A DNA stretch of 64,000 bases from a virus (Duplodnaviria > Caudoviricetes): positions 1 to 64,000 of the IMG/VR virus record IMGVR_UViG_3300044898_000016; one strand, given 5' to 3'. The notes below the pieces were generated by a model. It ran no database searches. It was not told where the DNA came from and saw only the letters and a program-made list of their open reading frames with translations. Positions 34,301 through 41,986 of the stretch are shown here, one piece after another; position 1 is the first letter of the stretch, and each line of letters opens with the position of its first letter. The position numbers and the translations under genes are program-made.

Positions 34301-37300
34301 ACCCGCAGACGACTACGCCGCAACGAAAACAGATTGCTCAGGTCGCCTCGCCTTTAGTATCCGAAGAAGCGAAAGAGCCAATAGTACGAGTTGCTGAGGA
34401 TCGTGATTTGTCTAAGTATCCGCTCACTCCCTATGAAAAGATTGCAGCGGAAATTACCGCTACTCTGCCTGCTCCCAAAGAAGGATATACGAGATTATAC
34501 CGAGGTAAAGGGACTGGCAGGCTAAGTGGGCTAAGTAAACCTCGCACGGGCTATCCGGGTCAATGGTTTGATGTCAACCCAAAGGGTGCTGCTCTCTACG
34601 GAGTCACAAGAGAAGGCGAAATTAAATCTCTTAGTTATGTGGATATTCCAACCACCGAGATTAGTAAATATCACGCTCTTGATATTGAGTTGCCAGTGGA
34701 AGAATTAAACAGAGGGGTCACGCCGGGGGAGTATGTTCTACCAAAAGAGATCGCGTCACAATCTAAGGAGATTAAGCTGAAAGGTGTCGATCCTGAAATA
34801 GTACGCGATCAAACTTTGAACCAAGGCTATATCTCCCCTACTCAGGAAGAAGCTAAATCTCCCCAACCTAAAGAGGTCGTACCACTAGATAGGGCTGAAC
34901 CTCAGATCGTACAGCCTGAGAGCGGGGCCAGTGAGCCGTATTTTACTCCCGAGAGGAATATCGATGGACGAAATATCAACGCATCTGCCAATGCTAACGG
35001 TGCAACTGAAGGAACCACTGATAATTCACTGGCCTCCACGACCTCTGCCCGCAAAGCCCAAGTAGATGCAGAGCGTGAGTCTCGTGGTGCGGAACCGCTA
35101 CCTTGGAGTCCGAAAACTAAATCCGACGCTGAGCTTCTTGATTCCGCGAAACAAGCGAACGATTCCAATCCCGATCAGCCGCGCAGGATAGTCCAAGAGG
35201 TATTAACTAAACCTCGCGCGCTTAGCGACAAGGAAACCGTTCAACTCGATCTCCATAAGCAGCAGTTAAAGAACGAGCACGCCGCGTTGCTTAATGAAAT
35301 AGCCAAAACTTCCGATCCCGAGAAGCTAGCCACACAACGTGCTCAACTCGATTCAATTGAACGCGATTTCGATGCGGTAGATCGTGCGTGGCGGGCGTCC
35401 GGCACTGAGAAGGGGCGCGGATTACGCTCTCAGCAGACCACTATTAACCAAGATTATGATCTTGTCTCAATGGTGACACGGTATAAGGCAGCGGTAGGCA
35501 AAGAGCCATCACCAGAGATTCGCACACAAATCGAAGGCTATCAGAAGCGTATTGCTGAACTGGAAGCGAACGCCACTAAAGCCACGAGCAAACGTGCGCT
35601 CGATGCCATTCAACGCGAAGTACGGGCGCAGGGGCGTGCTCGGACGCGCACGGTGTTGGATGCTGAGGCCGCAACGCTCAAACAAGGCATGGCAGCGGAG
35701 TTTGCGCGGCTTAAAACTGAACGCAGCAAAGGGCAATACACGTCGTTAGGTGGATTGGGTTCGCTTGATCCTGAGGGAGTGATCACTAAACTCGCCCTCA
35801 AGTACGCACGTAATCGATTTGAGGCAGGGGTGAATACTGTCGAAGGGTTGACCGATGAAGTTCACTCGGCACTCAAAGATTTCGTGGACGTGAGTAAGCG
35901 TGACGTGGCGGCGATGATTTCAGGGTACGGACGGCAAGGAGTGGATAAGCGGAGCGAGTTGACGAAACAACTATCCGCACTCAAGACCGATATGCGGCGC
36001 GAGTTGGCGGCTGCTGATGGCCCGAAACAGGGGCCGCGTAAGCCGTCCCCCGCTGGGCCACGCGAAACGAAACAGATCATCCATCGTCGTTATGACAAGC
36101 AAATGGCCGAAGTTGTGCAGCAGATCGCTGCACTTGACGCTGGTACATACCAACCTAAACAACCACGCGGCGCGACAGTGTTAGACCGTGAAACTGAAGC
36201 GTCCAAGGTGGCCGTCGAACGCGCTAAGCAAGACTTTCAGATCAAACTTCGTAAGTGGCAGGATGAACAGCGGAGTAGTTTTGACAAGGGACGCGATCTA
36301 CTCACCAAAGTACGACGGTCAGTCGTACTGTCCAGTACGCAGGTGCTCGGCAAGCTCACTCGTGCAGCAGTTGAGCGCATGGCAGTGTCACCCGGAGAGG
36401 AGATGATCGGTGCGGCACTCAATCGCGTTCCCGGCATCAATCGCATCACTCGTCAAGCCCCCGTGGAGCACGGTAGTAGTCTCACTAACACGATCCGTAT
36501 TGAAGCGAAAGTAGCGGCATCTGAGATTCGCGCACTCATGGATATTACTAATCCTAACGGTGAGATTCGCCAAGTGTTGCGCACGGGCCGCTCATCCAGT
36601 GACGTGAAACAAGGGGAAAAGAATTACGGGGAAGCGAGTCTTCTTGGCCTCTCGGGTCGCATCCACGCGGCACTAAAAACCGTTCCTCGTCTCGGTGGGG
36701 AGGTGCGTGGTATGGAGAAGTATTTAGAGTCAGTGAAACGTGATGACCCCACTGCCGACTTACACGATCCTCGTACTATTGCACTCGCTGAAGGCGCGGG
36801 ATACCTTGCGGGAAAGCGCCAAATCCTCATGCAGGACAATTCGGCTGCTGATTGGGTGAAAGAATCAGTCGCTAGTCTTAATCGCAAGGGCGTACCGGGG
36901 AAGGTCGCCGCTACTGCTACCGACATCGCCATGCCGATTAAGCGCGTGCCATTGAACTACGTCACAGAGTCGCTTAACTATGCTTTACCTGGGGCGCGGG
37001 CTGGATTAGGCATTGCTCGTGCGCTTAAGCAGGGTAATCTGATGAGCCTTGAGCCGGCAGAGGCGGACGCAATAACCAGATCGCTAAAAAAGGCTGGTCC
37101 CGGTGCGGCGATGCTGCTGTGGGGGTATTTTAGCCCCCAAACTTTTGGCGGATATTACCATCCCGGTAAACGCGATGAGAGGGATCCGCAGTTTGGTGGA
37201 ATGAAACTGTTTGGGCGTAACATCCCTCGGTTTCTGTCGCATAGTCCGCTGTTAGAAGCCGCGCAAATCGGCGCAACGATTCGCCAGACTATTGACGGGC

Positions 37301-38076
37301 TACAAGAGTCAGGAGCGTCCAAAGGGAAGTTGAGCAACGCTACCGCAGGTATTGGACAAGCGGCCAAGGGACTAGGCGAGGAAGTACCGTTCCTCGAAGA
37401 TCCGTATCGTGCGCTGCGAGCTATTCATGGTGAGGGTGGAGGGCTGGCGCGTTATGGTGGGGCGTTGGCGAGTAGTATTACCACACCGCCCGACGTGAAA
37501 CGGCTGGCTGGCATCACCGATCCCGCAAAACCAACTACCACAGGTCAAAAGTTATGGCAATTCTCCGGCCTTACCCCAACGACTGCCATGCCCCGAAAGC
37601 CTGCTGGATTCGCCGACGAGATGCGCATGGGCATACCAGGATTACGTCAACAAGTAACGGCAAACATTGCCAAGCAACGCACGGACGAAGTTGATAGATT
37701 GACATCTGCCGCGCGTAGAGGTCAAAACATCACTGCCGACGTGGATGCTGCGGTCAAGGCCAACATTCTCAAGCCGGGAGATGCTAAGACGATTGAATCA
37801 GCTGCGAAGCTGACCCCAACGCAATCACGATTCAAAAGCAAGGGGTTGCTTGATGCTATTACCGCATATGAAAACTACGACGCGAGCCGAAGATCGCAAG
37901 TGAAGGACATTCTTGCTGACAAGGCTACTGGCGTGGAGACGTTGCGGCTGGACGATCAGGGGGCTGCACGCGACCGATTGCGTAAGCTCGGATTCACTCC
38001 CGGCATTCAAATCCCCAAGGCTCCTGAACGCCCGAAACGTCCACAAGCTAATCCCCGCGCGTGGGCGACTCCGTAA
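31369..38076 (+). CDS. Giant internal virion/ejection protein with N-terminal lytic transglycosylase (SLT)
   Basis: VRAVIGHESGG...SPKGARGLGQLMPATA...AGYNAGEG...ETQNYV; 2235 aa, largely helical. Confidence 0.85.
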   Translation: MPIDGNEDPYFTPDPSPAPRRGVTNNYDEIIDRHAARTGLDANLVRAVIGHESGGNRVAVSPKGARGLGQLMPATAARFGVKDVNDPEQNIRGATDYLKFLTDRYKGDTDKVLAGYNAGEGNVDKYGGIPPFKETQNYVPAVKARYVKLTGQQPQSTSQDPYFTPDTKGQKAAQPATTADSYFTPDAQPAQALSTGKGAVRPVSAPVRRFGGGQVKPMAPRSLTTNDAAWHFGMTPDEARTMSPKAAQVLQAAVADDARKKAAGQAITAPPLAYQNQMRAQAGLKPLQYNMPTQTDARAPYFKPEVGSLNIDRPIVVREPRSGFTTNPQNDDQMRLAIRAQVAKEMRPDDQRLLDSGEGRSAEIDAETNRRLAEIKSTQAREASQIQTGPSAQAAPDSTVSDRLKQILGTTVPAIGLTQGLNLNQRDQQRLNDIIDKYAPGVAALDTPEGIKTDLPRGLIHGATLGAVGRPKPTDSKEEVLPGMTRFGFGETAGSLVPLAATEGLLPEGLAPAVRTAATFGVTGAGRQAVNAAEGRPVDLKAPLVDAALGLVMGRLSGADPSMLRRAAAYVAPGLALDIAQGSSKEDAAHRALVNLGFAVSGGGKESPAESEADPRPASIAPVIADARAERVADATQGAQPLETIDPKLARTALGTALAQRGGNEVNDTGSRSDVLAEPDAVGSIRTSSNTRATPEASVVDSPGSANPIIRHSDPRIDGGEVIGRTGDGKLKVQNNEGGVSVVQDPRRQGNREAAIVRSPPIEQASEPAPAEPASQPALVTPEGGGSSPSTPEIVKPWEMTRSQIEDEYQRKKAEDDNLEESILGPELAKRYARLQRSANSSYDTEKANRASDEIEKIEASLSERDRNRLYGIGEEGPQVDELKDYRQSLGNLDDHDPRSLAESMRWAVSRVGRETDPAKMTHEQRVAYGTLREAARIAYENGWDTQAISREAVKAAAGRFADPEDAAFMLDRFIKKDPQTTTPQRKQIAQVASPLVSEEAKEPIVRVAEDRDLSKYPLTPYEKIAAEITATLPAPKEGYTRLYRGKGTGRLSGLSKPRTGYPGQWFDVNPKGAALYGVTREGEIKSLSYVDIPTTEISKYHALDIELPVEELNRGVTPGEYVLPKEIASQSKEIKLKGVDPEIVRDQTLNQGYISPTQEEAKSPQPKEVVPLDRAEPQIVQPESGASEPYFTPERNIDGRNINASANANGATEGTTDNSLASTTSARKAQVDAERESRGAEPLPWSPKTKSDAELLDSAKQANDSNPDQPRRIVQEVLTKPRALSDKETVQLDLHKQQLKNEHAALLNEIAKTSDPEKLATQRAQLDSIERDFDAVDRAWRASGTEKGRGLRSQQTTINQDYDLVSMVTRYKAAVGKEPSPEIRTQIEGYQKRIAELEANATKATSKRALDAIQREVRAQGRARTRTVLDAEAATLKQGMAAEFARLKTERSKGQYTSLGGLGSLDPEGVITKLALKYARNRFEAGVNTVEGLTDEVHSALKDFVDVSKRDVAAMISGYGRQGVDKRSELTKQLSALKTDMRRELAAADGPKQGPRKPSPAGPRETKQIIHRRYDKQMAEVVQQIAALDAGTYQPKQPRGATVLDRETEASKVAVERAKQDFQIKLRKWQDEQRSSFDKGRDLLTKVRRSVVLSSTQVLGKLTRAAVERMAVSPGEEMIGAALNRVPGINRITRQAPVEHGSSLTNTIRIEAKVAASEIRALMDITNPNGEIRQVLRTGRSSSDVKQGEKNYGEASLLGLSGRIHAALKTVPRLGGEVRGMEKYLESVKRDDPTADLHDPRTIALAEGAGYLAGKRQILMQDNSAADWVKESVASLNRKGVPGKVAATATDIAMPIKRVPLNYVTESLNYALPGARAGLGIARALKQGNLMSLEPAEADAITRSLKKAGPGAAMLLWGYFSPQTFGGYYHPGKRDERDPQFGGMKLFGRNIPRFLSHSPLLEAAQIGATIRQTIDGLQESGASKGKLSNATAGIGQAAKGLGEEVPFLEDPYRALRAIHGEGGGLARYGGALASSITTPPDVKRLAGITDPAKPTTTGQKLWQFSGLTPTTAMPRKPAGFADEMRMGIPGLRQQVTANIAKQRTDEVDRLTSAARRGQNITADVDAAVKANILKPGDAKTIESAAKLTPTQSRFKSKGLLDAITAYENYDASRRSQVKDILADKATGVETLRLDDQGAARDRLRKLGFTPGIQIPKAPERPKRPQANPRAWATP

Positions 38077-38082
38077 TTCATC

Positions 38083-40134
38083 ATGCCCCTATCTGTATTT
38101 GAGGAAGAAGCTTTTAAGCTGTCGATTCATCCGGCGTTTCGACTCTCACCGGGCAGAGCGCTAGAGAGGCAAGGGTGGCAAAAGTGGCTACAAACTCTTG
38201 GCCCTAAAACCTTCGTTAAACCCTTCGCCTTTTTCCATGCTGAATTCTGGGATTGGCTATGGGATGCCCGCACACGCTTGCTCAATGGTGAAGTATTACC
38301 ACCCGCCGAACTTGTCATGCTGCTCATTTGGTTTCGTGGGGGCGGCAAGTCATCTCACGTAGAGTGGGGGTGCATAGCAGAGGGAGCAAGAGCGCCAAAG
38401 GGGTTTATTGGTTATGTTTGCGAAACCGAAGCCCTCAGTCTCGGTCATATCCAGTCCATTCGCCGCCGTCTCGACTCCCCTGAAATAATCAAGCATTACC
38501 CCGGCATGGCAAGTCCTAAGCTCGACCGTCATGGACGCCAAGTAGCATGGAGACAGGATTATCTGTACACCAAATCAGGCTGGGGAATTATTCCTATTGG
38601 CTTAGAAGAAGGTGTACGCGGCGGCAAGTTAGAGGATGTTCGGTTTACAACTCTCGTATTCGATGACATTGACAGTCGCACCGATTCCCCTGCCGCCCGT
38701 GAAAAGAAGCTTAAACGGATCGCGTTTGAAATCCTCCCCGCAGGGACAATGAACGCCGACACGATGGTGTGGTTCCCCCAGAACCTCATTGATGAAGATT
38801 CATGTCTCAATCAAATCTACACAGGCCGCGTAGATATCCTCTCTGAACGTCAAGTGTCAGGCCCGCACCCTGCGTTTAGTGTATTGGAAATGATGCTGGA
38901 CGAGTCCGCGGTAGGTCGTAAATGGTTTATTGCCAACGCCGTTCCAACATGGCCGGAAGTGGACATGAACGCGGCAAAAAAGTTCCTAGCCGATTCAGGC
39001 CGCGTAGCGTTCATGGCTGAGTATCAACATGACTTTGAAGCAGCCAGAGAAGGGCGAGTTTTACGCAACTACAACGACGTGCTGATGGTGATCGACGAGG
39101 ATGACTTTGCGCGAGTGTACGGGTCGATTACCGCACTAGACTCGTTTAATAAGTATTTTGGGCACGACTGGTCGCGCACCAAGTCCGCTTACCATGCAAA
39201 CGTAGGCGGAAAGCTCGCCATATCCAGTCAGAATTCCGCGCTACCGGGGAAGCTGATTTTATTTGATTTGATGAGTTTCGAAGGCGGCACACAGGCGGAC
39301 GACGTAGGCTTACGTTTCCTCGAATCTATCTCCCCAACCGTTCCCAATCGTGACATGACGTGGAAACAATTAATCGAAGCGGCTCTATCCCGAAAAGGCA
39401 TGGAACGGTTTATCAGTGATACTACTCGATTGATTGAAGCGCGGCGTAACGTGTTAGCTGATATCATCCCCTCGCTGGTTGCCCCTGTGCTCACAGCTCG
39501 TCATTATGATCGGTTTGTTGGTAGTCACGATCAAAACAATGATGCGCTCCAGGTGTATCGTCGCGTGTTTGGCTTACCATTTCATCCCTGCAATCCCGGC
39601 GAGACTGGTGGGTTGGAATGGGCGGATCACTACATGCTAGTAGACAGGCAAACCCGTCACCCCTTTTTTGATGACGAGTGGTTGGGCAACGAATGGAGGT
39701 TAGGCTGTCCCGGCATGTTCATTCTCGTGAAGAACGGAAAAAAGAATTATCCAAAGAGTGCGACGCCTGACTTGTTACATGATTCCGACCTCTGCCGTTT
39801 CCAGTTTAGTAATTGGCGAATGCGGCCAACTCGCTTGACCGAAGCGGGCGCACTTGAACACGGACCAATGAAAATGAACGACGACTTTGGGCAAATGCTG
39901 CAAATGATTCTATTTGGTAATCGCATCAACGCAGCGGCATTAAGCTATACTGAACAAGTGCGAAGCATCATTCCCTCTAAGTACAATCCTGACAGATTAA
40001 AGACCGAATACTCACCTGAACTGGAAATCTCGATCAACTATCAAATGTCTCAAGCTAAGTCTCGTGTGCCGAAATCAGCGGTGGTTACTTTTGATGAATT
40101 TGGGGACCCCGTTACCGACCAGCAAGAAGATTAG
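38083..40134 (+). CDS. terL: Terminase large subunit
   Basis: FRGGGKSS (Walker A), LVFDDID (Walker B), FMAEYQ, and GHDW acidic nuclease motif. Confidence 0.88.
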   Translation: MPLSVFEEEAFKLSIHPAFRLSPGRALERQGWQKWLQTLGPKTFVKPFAFFHAEFWDWLWDARTRLLNGEVLPPAELVMLLIWFRGGGKSSHVEWGCIAEGARAPKGFIGYVCETEALSLGHIQSIRRRLDSPEIIKHYPGMASPKLDRHGRQVAWRQDYLYTKSGWGIIPIGLEEGVRGGKLEDVRFTTLVFDDIDSRTDSPAAREKKLKRIAFEILPAGTMNADTMVWFPQNLIDEDSCLNQIYTGRVDILSERQVSGPHPAFSVLEMMLDESAVGRKWFIANAVPTWPEVDMNAAKKFLADSGRVAFMAEYQHDFEAAREGRVLRNYNDVLMVIDEDDFARVYGSITALDSFNKYFGHDWSRTKSAYHANVGGKLAISSQNSALPGKLILFDLMSFEGGTQADDVGLRFLESISPTVPNRDMTWKQLIEAALSRKGMERFISDTTRLIEARRNVLADIIPSLVAPVLTARHYDRFVGSHDQNNDALQVYRRVFGLPFHPCNPGETGGLEWADHYMLVDRQTRHPFFDDEWLGNEWRLGCPGMFILVKNGKKNYPKSATPDLLHDSDLCRFQFSNWRMRPTRLTEAGALEHGPMKMNDDFGQMLQMILFGNRINAAALSYTEQVRSIIPSKYNPDRLKTEYSPELEISINYQMSQAKSRVPKSAVVTFDEFGDPVTDQQED

Positions 40135-40180
40135 GATATCCATTTACGCCTATTAGTCCAATTAGGTGTAGAATGCGCTC

Positions 40181-40450
40181 ATGGCACTCGCGGGGTTTAG
40201 TAATATTACGGACATGAAACGCCAACGAGTACAGACAGCGTTTCCGTCGGCGATTAACAAGCAAATGGAGCAAGTGAGTATGCCCGCAACATCAAAGTCG
40301 CAATTCAAACTCATGCAGGGCGTTGCGCATGGAAGTATCAATAAACCTGGACCGTCCAAGGTTGAAGCGAAAGAATACGTAGCAGGGCAGTCGCCTAAAG
40401 ACTTACCTAACAAGGCTCCAAGGCGAAAGATAAAGTTTCCCAAGCCCTAA
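40181..40450 (+). CDS. Small basic hypothetical protein
   Basis: SKSQFKLMQGVAHG...EAKEYV pattern; TAGAAT -10 lies 6 nt upstream. Confidence 0.65.
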   Translation: MALAGFSNITDMKRQRVQTAFPSAINKQMEQVSMPATSKSQFKLMQGVAHGSINKPGPSKVEAKEYVAGQSPKDLPNKAPRRKIKFPKP

Positions 40451-40560
40451 TATGATCATCAACATCAACGATATATCAGTAGATGTGGTAATCGTAGATG
40501 CGATGCCACAATACCCGCCACCTGTGTTGGCGATTTGGTTCAGTAACGAAGGAGATTAAA

Positions 40561-41010
40561 GTGCACCCAGACGAAATGCATCTAAAATCAGTAGACGGTC
40601 ACGCAATTGCCACGGTGAACATTCCTGCTCATCAGCAGGAAGTCGAGGTAGCCTACAGTGCTATCGACGGATGCGCCGTCGCGGCGGTTGAGGCGTGGAA
40701 CGACGTACGGGGCGAGAATGATGCTCGATTTGAGGTTTGCGATCCATCCTATCGCAGTACACTCATGGCTCACGCAGAGTCGGTTTACAAGGGGGCCGCG
40801 CCGTTGGAGGGCGATACCATGCTCGCATTGTTTGAGCAGCGAGTAGCGAACATTAGGGCTGAACAGGTGCGCGCGGCTTTTGCGCTTGCGCATCCCGTGG
40901 TCCCCAGTCCGGTCCCGACTGGCGGTAATCTTGAGACTCAAGGTATTGTCCGTCCGCTTAATCCGCATGGAGTAATTACCCCGCATGAAGAACACAAAGG
41001 AGAAAACTAA
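40561..41010 (+). CDS. Hypothetical protein
   Basis: AAGGAG SD with GTG start. Confidence 0.6.
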   Translation: MHPDEMHLKSVDGHAIATVNIPAHQQEVEVAYSAIDGCAVAAVEAWNDVRGENDARFEVCDPSYRSTLMAHAESVYKGAAPLEGDTMLALFEQRVANIRAEQVRAAFALAHPVVPSPVPTGGNLETQGIVRPLNPHGVITPHEEHKGEN

Positions 41011-41366
41011 TGGCTCAGTTAGCTGGCTTACACGCGGATCAAATCGCGTTATCGAAACAGCAAATCGGCGGATCGTGTAAAGGCGCGTTAGCGGCCTATG
41101 CTTCAAATCCGTTTCTTACGGACGCCTCGATCGTTGCTGCGGACACAAATGCTGGACTTCAGGCGGCGGTGGTCACAGCAGCGGGCACGCTTCATGCTGA
41201 ATGTCGCTACATGGCTCCGCGTATCAATCTTGGTCTGACGTTGGGATTGTACAGCGGCGAGTTGTCGAACGCTCGGATACTGAGCTTGACGACTGGCGCG
41301 GGCTTGGTGGGACTGACGGCGGCAGACCCGAATGTGGTCGCGGGCGCTGAGTATTCTCCGGAATAG
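41010..41366 (+). CDS. Hypothetical, possibly virion, protein
   Basis: AAGGAG SD; Ala/Gly-rich. Confidence 0.7.
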   Translation: MAQLAGLHADQIALSKQQIGGSCKGALAAYASNPFLTDASIVAADTNAGLQAAVVTAAGTLHAECRYMAPRINLGLTLGLYSGELSNARILSLTTGAGLVGLTAADPNVVAGAEYSPE

Positions 41367-41369
41367 TCC

Positions 41370-41786
41370 ATGTGGATATCCCGTGATGCTTACCAGCAAC
41401 TTGTCACTCAGGCTGCTCAATGTGACTTGTTGTCCGCTGCGCTAGCGAAGGCTGAGACGCGGGCTGAGACAGCAGAGGCGGCGTTAATCGCTGAGCGTGC
41501 GCGGGTGGATAAGTTGAATCTCGCGGTCATGGATTACGGGGCCACGAAGTCAGGGTCGATAGCAATTAGTTCGCGGGTGGAGCCGCCGCCAAAGGTTGAA
41601 CCCCATCCAAAGGGTTATCTCCATGAGCCTGATGAAGTCGAATTAGCCAAACTGGAATGGTACAAACAGAAATGCCGAGAGGCTGGGCGTAACGAAGACG
41701 AAGCCACTGCGTATTGGGAAGCGGAGATGCGTGGAGAGCACCCGGCGTTACTAGGCGCGGCAATGGATAGTGAGGCTGAGCAATAG
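41370..41786 (+). CDS. Coiled-coil hypothetical protein
   Basis: ORF. Confidence 0.65.
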   Translation: MWISRDAYQQLVTQAAQCDLLSAALAKAETRAETAEAALIAERARVDKLNLAVMDYGATKSGSIAISSRVEPPPKVEPHPKGYLHEPDEVELAKLEWYKQKCREAGRNEDEATAYWEAEMRGEHPALLGAAMDSEAEQ

Positions 41787-41788
41787 CC

Positions 41789-41986
41789 ATGTACTTCCGA
41801 TTCAAAGTAACTGACGGCGACGCCACTACCTTTACGCAATGGACGGAAGAACTCGACGACGTGGCGGGGTCCAACGCGCAGCGAGTTGCCATAGTGTCAC
41901 GCATTCGTGCCGCGCAGCCAGACTCCGCCATTGCTACTGAGAGGGCACAGGCGATACCGAATGCCGACAAGCCAACTAGCGAATGA
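41789..41986 (+). CDS. Hypothetical protein
   Basis: ORF coupled to the portal gene. Confidence 0.55.
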   Translation: MYFRFKVTDGDATTFTQWTEELDDVAGSNAQRVAIVSRIRAAQPDSAIATERAQAIPNADKPTSE

